A stretch of DNA of 54,482 bases from an uncultured beta proteobacterium (GTDB taxonomy: Bacteria > Pseudomonadota > Gammaproteobacteria > Burkholderiales > Burkholderiaceae_C), in contig CAIWPS010000719.1 of assembly GCA_903914615.1 (NCBI GenBank), positions 1 through 54,482 of the forward strand, in the 5' to 3' direction. The notes under the pieces were generated by a model. It was not told where the DNA came from. It worked only from the letters and a program-made list of their open reading frames with translations, and did not search any database. Numbering within the stretch: position 1 is the stretch's first letter; every line of letters begins with the position of its first letter. Below, one piece after another: positions 34,671-44,815 of this stretch. The position numbers and the translations under genes were made by a program.

Positions 34671-36886
34671 CCGTTGGCTGAGTAGCTGCCGGCGCCGACG
34701 GCAACCGGCGGCAGCGCGCGCTGGCCGCCGAAGTTGAGCGCCGACATCGGGATGGATCGCTGAAGCTCCGCCCGGCGCGCGGCCGCCGCAGCCGCCGTCT
34801 GCGGATCGGTCAGGAACTGCGCCAGGCGCGCCTGAATACGCTCTTCGACCGGCTTGGCTGCCAGGCTCACCCAGCGGTTGGCCAGCGTGTGCGCGACAAC
34901 AGACTCCGCGAACGACTTGGGCATACCCAGCGGGCCGGCGACCTGGCGCATGGCGTTCTGGCCGGCCAAGTACTGCGCGGTCGGGCTGCCGCGCACCGCT
35001 GCGCGCTCGGCGGCACCCGTCTCGCTGCCCACGTCCTGACCCACACGGATCAGGGTGTTCATCTCGTCGGTCGTGAGGATGTCGGCCAGCTTGGCGCCCT
35101 TGAAGCCGATGGCGCGCTGCGCCATCAAGTCGCCCTCCTTGAGGGCCTTGGCGTAGGTGGCGCCGGTCTGCCGCCCCGCGCCGAGATCGGTGAGGGCGGG
35201 GATCAGCTTGTCGTACATGTAGCGGCCGATCTCCATGCGGCTGATCGGCTTGGAGTCGGCCGCGTAGGTCACTCTCGCGGCCTTGTAGTCGGGCGACAGG
35301 TTGTCCATCACGCCGAGCAGCTTCTTCTGCGTGTCGAGAAGCCTCGAGGCCTCCGCGTTGTCGCCGGCGGCCTTCGCCTTGGAGATCATCCCGTCGAGGG
35401 ACTTCTTCATGTAGTGCAGGCTCTCGATCGAGCCCGACTTGAGCTTGGCCGGCGTGAGGTTGACGCCCTCCTCCTTGGCGATGCGCAGCGCGTCGGCCTG
35501 AGCAGCCTGGATCGATGGTCGCTTGAGGAGCGCGGAGATCTCCGGCGCTGCGGTCTTGGCCAGCGCTGGATCGACCTTGCCTTTGAAGGCCTCGCCGTAC
35601 AGTCGCTGAGCGGTCGCCTCCCGCGCGGCCTCGAAGAACTCTTTCTCGTGCGAGTCGCCAGCAACCGTGGCCAGCGCGTCCTTGCGGGCCTGCAGGCGCT
35701 TTGCAGCCGTCTCGGCGAAGACGTTGGCCGAGTCCGGTGAGGCGGACTGTGCGGCGCGCTGCAGCTGCGCTACGCCCGGGTCGCCAGTGACCTCGGCCAA
35801 CGATCGTGGCGAGCCCGGCACCAGTTCGGCCGTATCCAACGGCTTGGACAGCACGTTCGGATCGTGGGCGAATCGCCCGATCGTGTCGAGCGCGATGCGC
35901 TCCTGGCCCGCCTGGCGGAACGGATCGACCAGCGCCTTGTAGATGCTGGGCGCCGCGCGCACGCCGCCCGTGATGGCGCCCGCAGTCACTCCACCCTCCA
36001 GCGCGTTGCCACCGCGCTCGGCCAGACTCTCGGCAGGTTGCAGCGCGCCGTAGACCGCACCCACCGCGCCAGCGCCCGCGACCGTGTTCGCGCCTGGGAT
36101 CAGCGAGGCCGGCAGTGCCGTGGCGATCGCGCCGCCAGCGTTGCCCAAGCGGCCTGCGGTGGTGGCCATCAGCGGCGCATCCTCACGGCGCATCTCGTCG
36201 ACCTCGCCCGGCTTCGTGCCGCCGATCGCCGCCGGCAGCATCGAGCGCACGCCGGTTCCGAGGTCGGACATCGCCTTGCCAGCACCGGCGCGCGCGCGAT
36301 CGAGCGTCGACATGCCGTTGGTTGGATCTGCCTCGCGGCGCTGCGCCTCCGTGGGCGCGACGCGGAACTCGGTCTGTCCCATGAACTGCTCGCGCGCCAG
36401 GTCGCGGTCCTTCTTTCCAACCCGCGGCGAGACGACCTGGTCGAAGTACTGTTGGCGCGCGGCGTCGCGCTGCTCGGGCGTGAGCTTGCGGAACTCCGGG
36501 CTCTTGGAGACCGCGCTCCAGGGCTTTGGAGGCGCGAGGCGGCCCGGATCGAGCTGCACCTGGCCGCCCATCATGCTGGTGAGCTTGCCGTCCTTCGGGA
36601 TCTCGCCGTCGATCTTGACCGGGATCAGGCCGAAGCCTGAGGACTGCATCGCGAAGGCGCGGTGGCGGCCGTCCTGCGCCGTCACCTTGCCGTCCTTGAT
36701 CTTGAGCGAGGGCGCCTCGGCGATCGGCTCACCTTTGCCGATGCTCTCGCGAAGCGACTCGGCCTGCGATCCAGCCTCCGGCTTCTTCAGGTCTGGCGAG
36801 AGGTCGAGGTACTGCTGCGGCGTCATCCAGACTATGCCGTCGCCGGTGGCGGCCTTCGGATCCATGCGTGCGTTGGTGTCGGGCAT
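34664..36886 (-). CDS. DNA ejection protein (gp16-like) with an N-terminal ParB/Srx-like domain
   Basis: Position; Ala/Gly-rich helical body; QDGRHRAFA motif. Confidence 0.7.
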   Translation of the reverse strand: MPDTNARMDPKAATGDGIVWMTPQQYLDLSPDLKKPEAGSQAESLRESIGKGEPIAEAPSLKIKDGKVTAQDGRHRAFAMQSSGFGLIPVKIDGEIPKDGKLTSMMGGQVQLDPGRLAPPKPWSAVSKSPEFRKLTPEQRDAARQQYFDQVVSPRVGKKDRDLAREQFMGQTEFRVAPTEAQRREADPTNGMSTLDRARAGAGKAMSDLGTGVRSMLPAAIGGTKPGEVDEMRREDAPLMATTAGRLGNAGGAIATALPASLIPGANTVAGAGAVGAVYGALQPAESLAERGGNALEGGVTAGAITGGVRAAPSIYKALVDPFRQAGQERIALDTIGRFAHDPNVLSKPLDTAELVPGSPRSLAEVTGDPGVAQLQRAAQSASPDSANVFAETAAKRLQARKDALATVAGDSHEKEFFEAAREATAQRLYGEAFKGKVDPALAKTAAPEISALLKRPSIQAAQADALRIAKEEGVNLTPAKLKSGSIESLHYMKKSLDGMISKAKAAGDNAEASRLLDTQKKLLGVMDNLSPDYKAARVTYAADSKPISRMEIGRYMYDKLIPALTDLGAGRQTGATYAKALKEGDLMAQRAIGFKGAKLADILTTDEMNTLIRVGQDVGSETGAAERAAVRGSPTAQYLAGQNAMRQVAGPLGMPKSFAESVVAHTLANRWVSLAAKPVEERIQARLAQFLTDPQTAAAAAARRAELQRSIPMSALNFGGQRALPPVAVGAGSYSANGQ

Positions 36887-36889
36887 GGC

Positions 36890-38179
36890 TCACTTCCACA
36901 GGTTGGAGAAGTCGGCCGCATCCTGCTGCTCGGCCGCCTGGTCGCTGGCGCCGCGCGCGCCGGGCTTGATCGGGGTCTTGAGAACCTCGTCGACGTAGTT
37001 GAAGAAGGCCTTGAGCTGACCCATCTTCACTTCGCGGATGTGCTTGGAGTCGCCCTCGACGGGGATCGCCTTCTGCGCCTCGCGGACCTTCGACTCGGAG
37101 ATCTGTCCGCGGCCCATGGACTGGGCCGACGCAATCGCCTGGCCGAGCTTGTTGGCATAGACGTCGAACTCCTGTTCCTTCTCCGGCGCGATGAACTTGT
37201 TGATGAGGCGGCGGCCCGCGCCGGCGCCGTGCTCGTCGGCGTAGAACGGCGATCCCTTGTCCAGGGCGTTCTTCTCCATGAACTCGATTGCCTTCTTGCC
37301 TTCCTTCACGTCGAGGGTGACGGTGGCCAGCATCACCGGGTTCATCTTGTCTGCCACCGTCAGGTTGGTGCCTTCCTTGCGTGCGGCGGGCCCGCCCGGG
37401 ATCACCTCGAGCTGCGAGCCGTCCTTGCTCCAGCGGTAGCCGGCCGGGGCCTTGCTGTTGCCGTGCTCGAGCGCGCCGGCGATGCGGGCGTCGCGCTTGG
37501 CCTGCTCGCCCTCGGTGAAGCGCTCGTGCTTCTCGCGGTCGGCTTCCTTCTTGGCGGCCAGCTCATCGGCTTTCGTCTTTTCCTCGCTGGCGCGGTAGTC
37601 CTTGAAGGACTGCGACCTGGTGCTCACGCGCTCGTAGTCGAACGATGGAGGGAACTTGTCCTGCTCGTCCTCGGAGAACAGCCCCGAGGACTTGGCAGCC
37701 TGGATGCCCTTCGTGTACTCGGTCTGTGCGACCTGCGTGGCCTGGGCCGGCGGGATGCCGGCTTTGATGGCCTTCTCGTAGGCGACCATCGCAGGATCTC
37801 GCACCGTTGTTTGGATGAAGCCTTCCTTCTTGATCGCCTGCTCGGTCTGCGCCGTGCCCATCTGCGCGTGGTTCTTGTCGATCGTCGAGCGCTGGACGTC
37901 GTTGGTCATCATCTGCTCGCGCAGCTGCATGCCGGTCTTCGGGTCGACCTGCATGATCTTGGCGACCGCATCGGGCCTCATCTGCCCATCCGGGCCCATG
38001 CTGTTCGGGTCGGAGAAGATCGTGCGCAGCGCGTTCTGCTGCTGTTGCACGAGCTGCTGTTGCTGCTGGCGCATGCGCATCTGCTGGGCCATGTCCTGCA
38101 TTGATAGGAGGCGCTGCGGGTCCCAGGCTTGCGCGTTGGACTGGACCGCGGCCAGGGGGATGGAGGCGTCGACGGGCAT
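36890..38179 (-). CDS. DNA ejection protein (gp20-like)
   Basis: Gln-rich helical protein; APAGYRW...LEVIPGGPA. Confidence 0.7.
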   Translation of the reverse strand: MPVDASIPLAAVQSNAQAWDPQRLLSMQDMAQQMRMRQQQQQLVQQQQNALRTIFSDPNSMGPDGQMRPDAVAKIMQVDPKTGMQLREQMMTNDVQRSTIDKNHAQMGTAQTEQAIKKEGFIQTTVRDPAMVAYEKAIKAGIPPAQATQVAQTEYTKGIQAAKSSGLFSEDEQDKFPPSFDYERVSTRSQSFKDYRASEEKTKADELAAKKEADREKHERFTEGEQAKRDARIAGALEHGNSKAPAGYRWSKDGSQLEVIPGGPAARKEGTNLTVADKMNPVMLATVTLDVKEGKKAIEFMEKNALDKGSPFYADEHGAGAGRRLINKFIAPEKEQEFDVYANKLGQAIASAQSMGRGQISESKVREAQKAIPVEGDSKHIREVKMGQLKAFFNYVDEVLKTPIKPGARGASDQAAEQQDAADFSNLWK

Positions 38180-38180
38180 G

Positions 38181-39035
38181 TCAGACCTTCGAGTAGTCGA
38201 CCATGAGGAAGCCGTCGGCGTTGAGCGCGACGGCCGACGGATCGGTGAGTGCGACCTCCTGTGCGATCACGCCCTGAGCGCGTCCGCCGCCGACGCGCCA
38301 CGTCCACTCGTAGGTGGGGTAGCCGCGCGGCGAGACGCCGATGCGCTGGATGTCGGTCTTGAGCCAGACGTCCGACAGTGAGTAGTCGGTGGAGCCCCAG
38401 CCCTGGCCAACGCTGGAATAGCCCGGCACCGACCCGCTGTTGCCGCCGCCGCTGTTCATCGAGTTCATCAGCAGGTAGTTCTGCAGGCCGTTGCTGATTC
38501 CGCTGTTGATCGCGCTGGCGCTTCCAACTTGGCCTGCTGCGATCGCGTTGCCGGCGCCGATCGTGTTCTGGCCAATCGAGTTGGCCGTGCTCGCGCCGAT
38601 GTTGCCCACGCCCGCAGCCGACGTCTGGCCGAGGTTGGCCATCTGCATCAGCTGGTTCCAGTACGTGTTGGAGTAGCTCGCCGCGGTGCCCTGGCCGTAG
38701 TCGGACAGCGCCTTCAGCGTGTTGCCGGTCAGGCCGCTGGCTGATGCGCTGTTGTCGATCGCGGCGGTGCCCTGCTGCATCTGGAACTGGTAGCCAGGCA
38801 GTTGTGACACCATCGACGGGTTGGCCATGAACTTGTTGATGTCGCCCAGCGCCATCGTCCCCTGCTGCATGTACGGCGCAAGGTCGGTGCGCGTTTGCTG
38901 GTACTGCTGCTGTTCAACGGCCGTCGCGTTGTTGGCGGCGTTGGCCTGCGTGTTGGCCGCGCTCTTCGAGGCGTCCGAGCTGATGAGGCCGCCGACGATA
39001 GCGCCCCCTGCTGCGATTGCTGCACCCCATGGCAT
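38181..39035 (-). CDS. DNA transfer protein (gp7-like) with a C-terminal S74 chaperone domain
   Basis: PGYQFQ..QG...; SDVWLKTDI...GVIAQEV...VDYSKV. Confidence 0.8.
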   Translation of the reverse strand: MPWGAAIAAGGAIVGGLISSDASKSAANTQANAANNATAVEQQQYQQTRTDLAPYMQQGTMALGDINKFMANPSMVSQLPGYQFQMQQGTAAIDNSASASGLTGNTLKALSDYGQGTAASYSNTYWNQLMQMANLGQTSAAGVGNIGASTANSIGQNTIGAGNAIAAGQVGSASAINSGISNGLQNYLLMNSMNSGGGNSGSVPGYSSVGQGWGSTDYSLSDVWLKTDIQRIGVSPRGYPTYEWTWRVGGGRAQGVIAQEVALTDPSAVALNADGFLMVDYSKV

Positions 39036-39036
39036 A

Positions 39037-39186
39037 TCAATACCCCCCTTTCAGCGTCTTCCGATAGGCCGGCTTCGGCGGTTGAACCTTCTTTCGGCGC
39101 GGCTTCTTCTTCAGCTGCGTTGGCTCGCCTACCTGGAGGCTGGCGAACACCGCGGCCGGAAGGCCAATGACTGCTGCCCACGGCAT
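39037..39186 (-). CDS. 49-aa basic ORF
   Basis: Read by hand: MPWAAVIGLPAAVF...KKKPRRKK. Confidence 0.35.
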   Translation of the reverse strand: MPWAAVIGLPAAVFASLQVGEPTQLKKKPRRKKVQPPKPAYRKTLKGGY

Positions 39187-39187
39187 T

Positions 39188-39733
39188 TCAGGCCACCTTT
39201 CTTTGCGGGCGGATGCACACGATCAGCGTGATCCGCTCGTAGTTGGAGTCATTGGTCACCCAGTGGGTGTGCGCGTTGTCGAACCAGAAGACGTCCCCGG
39301 GCTTCGTCACCAGATGACCATCATCGAAATGGAAGGCCTGGCCTGGGGCACTGGCGATCTGTACCGCGAACTTCTCGTAGTGGCGCGCGTGCCAGCCCGG
39401 GTCGGTGTGCGGACGGCACAGGCCGCCAGGCGGGATGCGCGTGATCAGCACGCCGCCCAGCTCGAGGCCGCCGACGGCGCGCACGAGCGGCTCGACCAGG
39501 TCGCGCAGGTGCAGCACGTCGGCGCACGGGTACCAGACGGACTGGTGCGGCTGCTGGCCGTCGACGCCCGGGGCGGCGTAGCGCGCCCAGATGTCCGACA
39601 GCCCGTGATGCGGCGAGCGCGGATCGGCGGTGCGCGCGGTGTTCTGGTCCCACAGCTCAGGGTGCTCGAGGAGCGCCCAGTGCACGGCAGCCACCGGCGC
39701 GCCGGATCGGATGAGCTTGATGTGCTGGCTCAC
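39188..39733 (-). CDS. Aspartyl/asparaginyl beta-hydroxylase-like 2OG-Fe(II) dioxygenase
   Basis: PHTD...GDVFWFDN...H.V.N...ERITLIVC. Confidence 0.85.
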   Translation of the reverse strand: MSQHIKLIRSGAPVAAVHWALLEHPELWDQNTARTADPRSPHHGLSDIWARYAAPGVDGQQPHQSVWYPCADVLHLRDLVEPLVRAVGGLELGGVLITRIPPGGLCRPHTDPGWHARHYEKFAVQIASAPGQAFHFDDGHLVTKPGDVFWFDNAHTHWVTNDSNYERITLIVCIRPQRKVA

Positions 39734-39918
39734 AGGAGGCCTTCCTGCACGCGGCGATCGCGCTCGGCGAGCATCGCGTCGGCGATCGCGGCGCACTGCA
39801 CGGTCGTGCGCGGCACCGCGGCGTCACGCGTGGTGCCGGGGTGCAGGCTCATGCTGACGACCGAGGCGAAGTAGGTGTCCCAGGCGACGCGACGCATCAT
39901 CTGTTCGTGCTCGTTCAT
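39730..39918 (-). CDS. Small hypothetical protein
   Basis: WD.YFA...HPG...A..AD.ML.ER. Confidence 0.6.
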   Translation of the reverse strand: MNEHEQMMRRVAWDTYFASVVSMSLHPGTTRDAAVPRTTVQCAAIADAMLAERDRRVQEGLL

Positions 39919-40406
39919 CGCGGATTCACTCCCCTGGCGGTGTAGGTGACGGGCGGAATCTGCGAGGCGCCAGGCAGCGCTGCGGTTTGGCTGACCTGCA
40001 CCGCGGCCGCCAGTGTCGTGGCGTTGGCGTTGACCGTCTGGGACACCACCGAGACGGCGTTCTGCGCCGCGATCGCCGAGGTGCGCGTGGAGTCGACGGT
40101 GGCCGTGATGTCGCTCATCTTCGGACCGGTCGGGCCGCCCAGCTGCGTGTTGATCACGTAGTCCAGGAGTCGGTACCAGACCGGGTCGACCTCGACGGTT
40201 CCATCGGGCCGGACGCGGCCGAATGGCACGTTCGCCTTGGGAAGCGAGCCCGCCGCCGCCTCGGTGCTGATGAGCCCGGATCCGCCGGCGTACTGGTTGG
40301 CGGCCTGCGTCGCGCCGCACTGCACCACGGCCATGGCTGTGCCCGCCTTCTTCGACGTTCCGGACTGCGTGAAGCCGCAGCTGAGGGTGGCGGTCTCGCT
40401 GGCCAT
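39915..40406 (-). CDS. Tail-associated protein (possible gp26-like)
   Basis: P.WYR.L motif and coiled coil; position after gp10. Confidence 0.55.
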   Translation of the reverse strand: MASETATLSCGFTQSGTSKKAGTAMAVVQCGATQAANQYAGGSGLISTEAAAGSLPKANVPFGRVRPDGTVEVDPVWYRLLDYVINTQLGGPTGPKMSDITATVDSTRTSAIAAQNAVSVVSQTVNANATTLAAAVQVSQTAALPGASQIPPVTYTARGVNPR

Positions 40407-40984
40407 CAGAAGATCAGCCCGTAGCTGTCCGCGCTCAGGGTGTGCGAACCCTGCGCGGCGTAGACGTCTTCGACGATGGTGGCCAGCGAGGAGTTGCTGG
40501 GCTGGCCGGTGAGCACGATCGCCGCGCCGCCCAAGGTCGCCGAGACCTGGAACGTATCGGTGGCCGTGCTGACGACGAAGTAGACCTGGCCCTCCGTCAG
40601 CGGCGCCGGCACCGTGCCGTTGAAGAAGACGATCTTCTGGCCGTTGGCCAGGCCGTGGGCCGGAGAGCGCACGTTGTTGTTGACCGTGTCGACCACGTAC
40701 AGCAGCTGCGCCCCGCCGTTGGCCGCGTAGCCCACCCAGACGCCCGACGACCAGAAGCCGAACCAGCGCACGGTGGTGGCAGGCACGTTGAAGGTGGCCG
40801 CGGCGCTCAGCGCGCGCGAGCCGCCGGCAGCCGCCGCGAACGACACCGAGACGCGGGCATACGCGGGCGACCCGCCGGAGACCTCGTTGGCACCGGTCAG
40901 GCCCGGGAAGGCGGTGTGCAGCGAGCACGTGTCGATGCTCAGGGCGTTGAGCATCGTGTTCTTGGCAGTGACGGTCAGGCTCAT
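40406..40984 (-). CDS. Tail fibre-like / virion protein
   Basis: [18 protein letters not shown]; HGL..G...YFV....DTFQVS. Confidence 0.7.
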   Translation of the reverse strand: MSLTVTAKNTMLNALSIDTCSLHTAFPGLTGANEVSGGSPAYARVSVSFAAAAGGSRALSAAATFNVPATTVRWFGFWSSGVWVGYAANGGAQLLYVVDTVNNNVRSPAHGLANGQKIVFFNGTVPAPLTEGQVYFVVSTATDTFQVSATLGGAAIVLTGQPSNSSLATIVEDVYAAQGSHTLSADSYGLIF

Positions 40985-42414
40985 TGCGCCTCCATGTCGG
41001 CACCGATCAGTGCTGCGCGCACCGGATCGCTGCTTGAGATTTCGAAAGTGCGGTCCAGGCCCGTGGACTCGCGGGTTTGGCCCAGGCGTCGCCACTTCAC
41101 GCGGTTGGCGGTCGCTCCGGTGACACCCCAGGCCTCGAGGTGTTCGTTGCTCCATGAGTTGCCGCCGTCGTCCGACCAGCGCAATGCGATCTGCGGGTTG
41201 GTTCCGGCCGGCACCGTCATGCCCGTCTCGAGGTCGAGCTGCAGGGAGTCGAAGGTGACCGGCTCGGTCGAGGCCTTGTTCGGCGGCAGCGCGCGCCAAG
41301 AGCGCAACCACTTGCGCGGCCTGCCGTTGTCCGTGTAGACCTCGAGGTCAAGCGCGTAGAGGTTGCTGCTCTGCCAATCTCCGATGACGTGGCGGCCGCC
41401 GTAGAAGGCGTAGCTGTTGCCATCGTGCCGGTTGAACGCACCGTTGACGAAGGCCGCGCGCTCGTGCCACAGTCCCGTGACCATGTCCCAAGTCCAAGTG
41501 ACATTCGCGCTCGGGAATGTGAGCACGTAGAAGGTGTGGCCCGCATCTTGGTAGACGTATCCGATGGCATCGCTGATCGTCAGGCCCGCGGCGACATAGC
41601 CCTTTATGGCGTACTCGATGGCGTGCGTAGATACGCGCTTGGCGCGGTAGCCCTCGCTGACCAGCACCACGCCCTGCCCGTACTCGTTGGAGCCCAGCCA
41701 GATGAGCGACTCTTCGATGTTGGCCACCGAGAACGTTGCGCAGCAGCCGGCCTGCAGGAAGACGCCCTGCAGGCGTTGGAACGTAAAGCCCGAGACGCCG
41801 GCGTTGACCCAGACCTCGGTGTATTCCTGGCCGAACAGCCAGACCTCGCGGTTCTTGTCGCCGATGGCCACAACCCAGTCGGGCTTGGCGTCCTTGGTGC
41901 CGAAGTTCAGCGCGTTCCAGGTAGTCAAGTCCTTGTAGTTGGACTGCCACCAGGTCTGCGTGCCCAGCTGGTTGACCAGGCCGAAGCCGTCCTGGTAGTT
42001 GGCAGAGACCGGGCCGGTTGCCGGCAGGCTGATGGCGACGAATGCAGTACCCGTCCAACAGTAGCCGGCGACGCCGTCGAAGACCGCGATCTGGGTTCCG
42101 TTGTCGATGATGCACACCGGCCCGGTGCTGGTGCCCAGGTTGCCCAGCAGCGTCGACGCCCAGGTCGACGCGGCGACGCTGTATAGACCGCTGCCGCTGA
42201 CGACGTAGAGCAGGCCGCCGGGCCGCGCTCGCGAGCCGCGGTGCGGACCCGTTCCGACGCTGGCCAGCAGCGTCTCGCCCGGGACACTGTAGAAGCCACC
42301 CACGGCCTTGCCGTCCTTGGTCTCGACCAGCTCGGGATAGAGGTTGATGCAGCGCTGGTTGGCCAGGTTGGCCGACCGCGACATGTAGGCACCGCCGAGG
42401 AAGGGAGTCTTCAC
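40981..42414 (-). CDS. P22 gp10-like tail hub / DNA stabilisation protein
   Basis: CINLYPE, GHTFYVLTFP, WHER, WSDDGG.SW, WRRLG. Confidence 0.88.
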   Translation of the reverse strand: MKTPFLGGAYMSRSANLANQRCINLYPELVETKDGKAVGGFYSVPGETLLASVGTGPHRGSRARPGGLLYVVSGSGLYSVAASTWASTLLGNLGTSTGPVCIIDNGTQIAVFDGVAGYCWTGTAFVAISLPATGPVSANYQDGFGLVNQLGTQTWWQSNYKDLTTWNALNFGTKDAKPDWVVAIGDKNREVWLFGQEYTEVWVNAGVSGFTFQRLQGVFLQAGCCATFSVANIEESLIWLGSNEYGQGVVLVSEGYRAKRVSTHAIEYAIKGYVAAGLTISDAIGYVYQDAGHTFYVLTFPSANVTWTWDMVTGLWHERAAFVNGAFNRHDGNSYAFYGGRHVIGDWQSSNLYALDLEVYTDNGRPRKWLRSWRALPPNKASTEPVTFDSLQLDLETGMTVPAGTNPQIALRWSDDGGNSWSNEHLEAWGVTGATANRVKWRRLGQTRESTGLDRTFEISSSDPVRAALIGADMEAQ

Positions 42415-43145
42415 GAGCCACTCCCCCTGCCGTCGCGATAGATGTTGTACGTGCCACTCGCCTTTCCGACGATCACGCCGTCGTAGCTGGACTCGACGGC
42501 TTTGATATTCGTGCGCTTGACTGCGGCCTTCGTCTGGCTTGCCAGCTCGATGATCACCGGGTCGATCTGCGCGCCCTTGAAGTGAGGCTTCAGACGGATC
42601 GTCAGGTTGTGCACCAGCGCGTCCTCGTAGCCGGCGGGCAGGCTCACGACTGTCGTGAGGTTCGGAAACTCCTGGAGCTGGAGCGTCGCGACCCAGTACA
42701 GCGTGTACGCGATCGTGGGCACCGGAAACAGGTTCAACACCGCAACAGGGAACTGCGGGTCGTAGAACAGCGTGTCCGGAATGTTGGACGTCGTCGTGCG
42801 GTTGCCGATCTGGTTCCAAACGTCCTGAGGAACCACGTCCACGGGGTAGTTGTTGCCCAGGTTGTCCTGCAGGTACGCGGCGCCCTGGCCGTCCGCGATA
42901 TTGATCGGGCGCGTTGCCTGGAACGTGCTGCCGGGCCCGACGTTGTAGGCTGCGCTGCCCGGGACCAGGACGCCGGACTGAGTGAGCGTTGCAAAGCACG
43001 CCAGCGTCTCGTTCGACCACGAGTCCATCATCCGATTGAGCAGGCGCAGGCAGAGTGCGGAGTCGGCCGCACCCACCGTCTCGCCAGGCGCATAGACCCG
43101 CGCCTCGCTCAGCGAGTCGGAGATGATGTCGAGTGCGGTGGTCAT
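42411..43145 (-). CDS. P22 gp4-like head-to-tail adaptor
   Basis: TALDII..SL...LN.M.DSW...LP.GY..AL..NL. Confidence 0.8.
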   Translation of the reverse strand: MTTALDIISDSLSEARVYAPGETVGAADSALCLRLLNRMMDSWSNETLACFATLTQSGVLVPGSAAYNVGPGSTFQATRPINIADGQGAAYLQDNLGNNYPVDVVPQDVWNQIGNRTTTSNIPDTLFYDPQFPVAVLNLFPVPTIAYTLYWVATLQLQEFPNLTTVVSLPAGYEDALVHNLTIRLKPHFKGAQIDPVIIELASQTKAAVKRTNIKAVESSYDGVIVGKASGTYNIYRDGRGSGS

Positions 43146-43169
43146 GGCCTTAGGTCTCGGTGTTCAGCC

Positions 43170-43895
43170 TCAGGCGACGGCGTCGGCAGAACTGGCAAGG
43201 GCACCCGTTCGGTCTCGGTACGACCTTCGCGACTTGACTGGTTCCTCGCCCTCCGAGGATTCGGCCTTCGGCGCCCTGCTCGCCCGCTTCTTCGAAGCCG
43301 GTTGGTCCGGCTGAGCCGATTGCGCCGGAGGTTCCTGCGTCGGCTGCATCTGCGCCGCAACCGCGGCCGGCACCTGGTAGGCCACACCGTTGACGATCAC
43401 CTCGCACATCGCAGGCGCCGCAGGCGGCTCCGCAACGTAGGGCGCCGGCGGCGTCTCGGCCTTGAGCTTCATCGCAGCTTCCTGCGCCGCGCTCGTCACC
43501 AGCACATCGCCCACCCATTTCGGGTACTCCTGGAAGTTCGTCTGCGGCTTGCCCGGGTCTTGGACGAGCACGCCGTCGACCCACTTCGGGTACTCGCTGA
43601 AGGCGTAGCCCGGGGGCTTGCGGTTGACGATGTTGTCGTTGACCTGCTGGGTGAAGGCCTGCGCGTCGCCGCCGAGCGGCCGGTAGCCTTGCGCGGCGTG
43701 GTATTCCTCGTCGTCGGCGTTGTTGACCGTGACGGGCTGGAAGCGAGCCGGCTCTCCGTGCTCGGGCACGTGACGACCGGTGGTCGGCACGCCTCCGGCG
43801 GGCACCGGATCCCACACCCACTGCGAGATCACCGCGGGACGCTCGCCCGGATGCTTCATCACCATCGGGTAGCGCTGGTACTGCGGCGCGTTCAT
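43170..43895 (-). CDS. Hypothetical protein with YPKW repeats
   Basis: Two EYPKWV motifs. Confidence 0.7.
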   Translation of the reverse strand: MNAPQYQRYPMVMKHPGERPAVISQWVWDPVPAGGVPTTGRHVPEHGEPARFQPVTVNNADDEEYHAAQGYRPLGGDAQAFTQQVNDNIVNRKPPGYAFSEYPKWVDGVLVQDPGKPQTNFQEYPKWVGDVLVTSAAQEAAMKLKAETPPAPYVAEPPAAPAMCEVIVNGVAYQVPAAVAAQMQPTQEPPAQSAQPDQPASKKRASRAPKAESSEGEEPVKSRRSYRDRTGALASSADAVA

Positions 43896-44194
43896 TGCAC
43901 ACCGCCTTCCGGGCTCTCGGCCGGCGGCGTGTCGGCCGGCGTCGTCTCCGGCTCGGAGTCGATCGGCGCTTCAGGCGCGCCGGTGGGCGCCGCGCCGGGC
44001 GCAGCGAGTTCAGCCTCTTCCTCGGCGGTGTGCACGAGGCGCAGACCGACCCACTTCGGGTACTCCTGCGGCTCGTAGAGGTCGCCCAGGTCGTCGCTGA
44101 GTTCGGCGATCGACGCCGCATAGGCGCTGGCGATCACCTTGTCCTGGTCACCCAAGCCGGCAACGGCCTTGTTCCAGAGTTCTTGCAGAGTCAT
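43892..44194 (-). CDS. Hypothetical protein with an EYPKWV motif
   Basis: QEYPKWVG...V.TAEEEA. Confidence 0.6.
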   Translation of the reverse strand: MTLQELWNKAVAGLGDQDKVIASAYAASIAELSDDLGDLYEPQEYPKWVGLRLVHTAEEEAELAAPGAAPTGAPEAPIDSEPETTPADTPPAESPEGGVQ

Positions 44195-44273
44195 CTCGTG
44201 CTCCCGTTCGTTGAGAAGCCGGTTGAAAAAGCGGGCGAGGCCTGAAGAAGAGGCCCCGCCCAATGGCAACGCC

Positions 44274-44558
44274 TTAGGACTTGATCAGCCCGAGCGTCTT
44301 CAGCGCCGCGACGAGGTCGCCCAGGCTGTAGGCCGTCGAGCCGATCGAGCCGTCGAACGTCGTGTTGACGAAGACCGCCGTCGTGGAGCCAGCAGCCACG
44401 GTGTGGACGTTGACCGCGGCGGTCGGCTGGACGGCCGGCGTCTGGCCGAAGAACGCGATCTTTTCGGGAAGACCGGCGGCGTTGGTGGTGCCACCCAGGA
44501 CAGTGCCCTGGGTGTTGCCGTCAGAGAGCTGCCGCGGAGCGGCGGAGGTGGTGGCCAT
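44274..44558 (-). CDS. Head decoration/fibre-like protein
   Basis: KIAFFG.TP.VQP...L..LGLI. Confidence 0.7.
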   Translation of the reverse strand: MATTSAAPRQLSDGNTQGTVLGGTTNAAGLPEKIAFFGQTPAVQPTAAVNVHTVAAGSTTAVFVNTTFDGSIGSTAYSLGDLVAALKTLGLIKS

Positions 44559-44571
44559 GACAGACCCTTTC

Positions 44572-44784
44572 TCAGTGAGTGGTGTGGTTCAGGACGGCAA
44601 CGACGTGAGGGCTGGACCACTCCTTCTCGCGACCGAGCGCGATCTGCTCGCGAATCGTTTGCGCGAACTGGTCAGCCGCCTCTTTCAGGATCGCGGGGCC
44701 CACGGCGATGGGCGCGCCATCGAGCGTGCGTTCCACGACGACCTGGTAGAGGGGCTGCTTCAGCGGGGAGCGGGGAGTCTTCAC
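44572..44784 (-). CDS. Small hypothetical protein
   Basis: ORF after the coat gene. Confidence 0.5.
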   Translation of the reverse strand: MKTPRSPLKQPLYQVVVERTLDGAPIAVGPAILKEAADQFAQTIREQIALGREKEWSSPHVVAVLNHTTH

Positions 44785-44815
44785 GTCGTTTCCTTGGGGT
44801 GTGCCGCGCGCGGCT

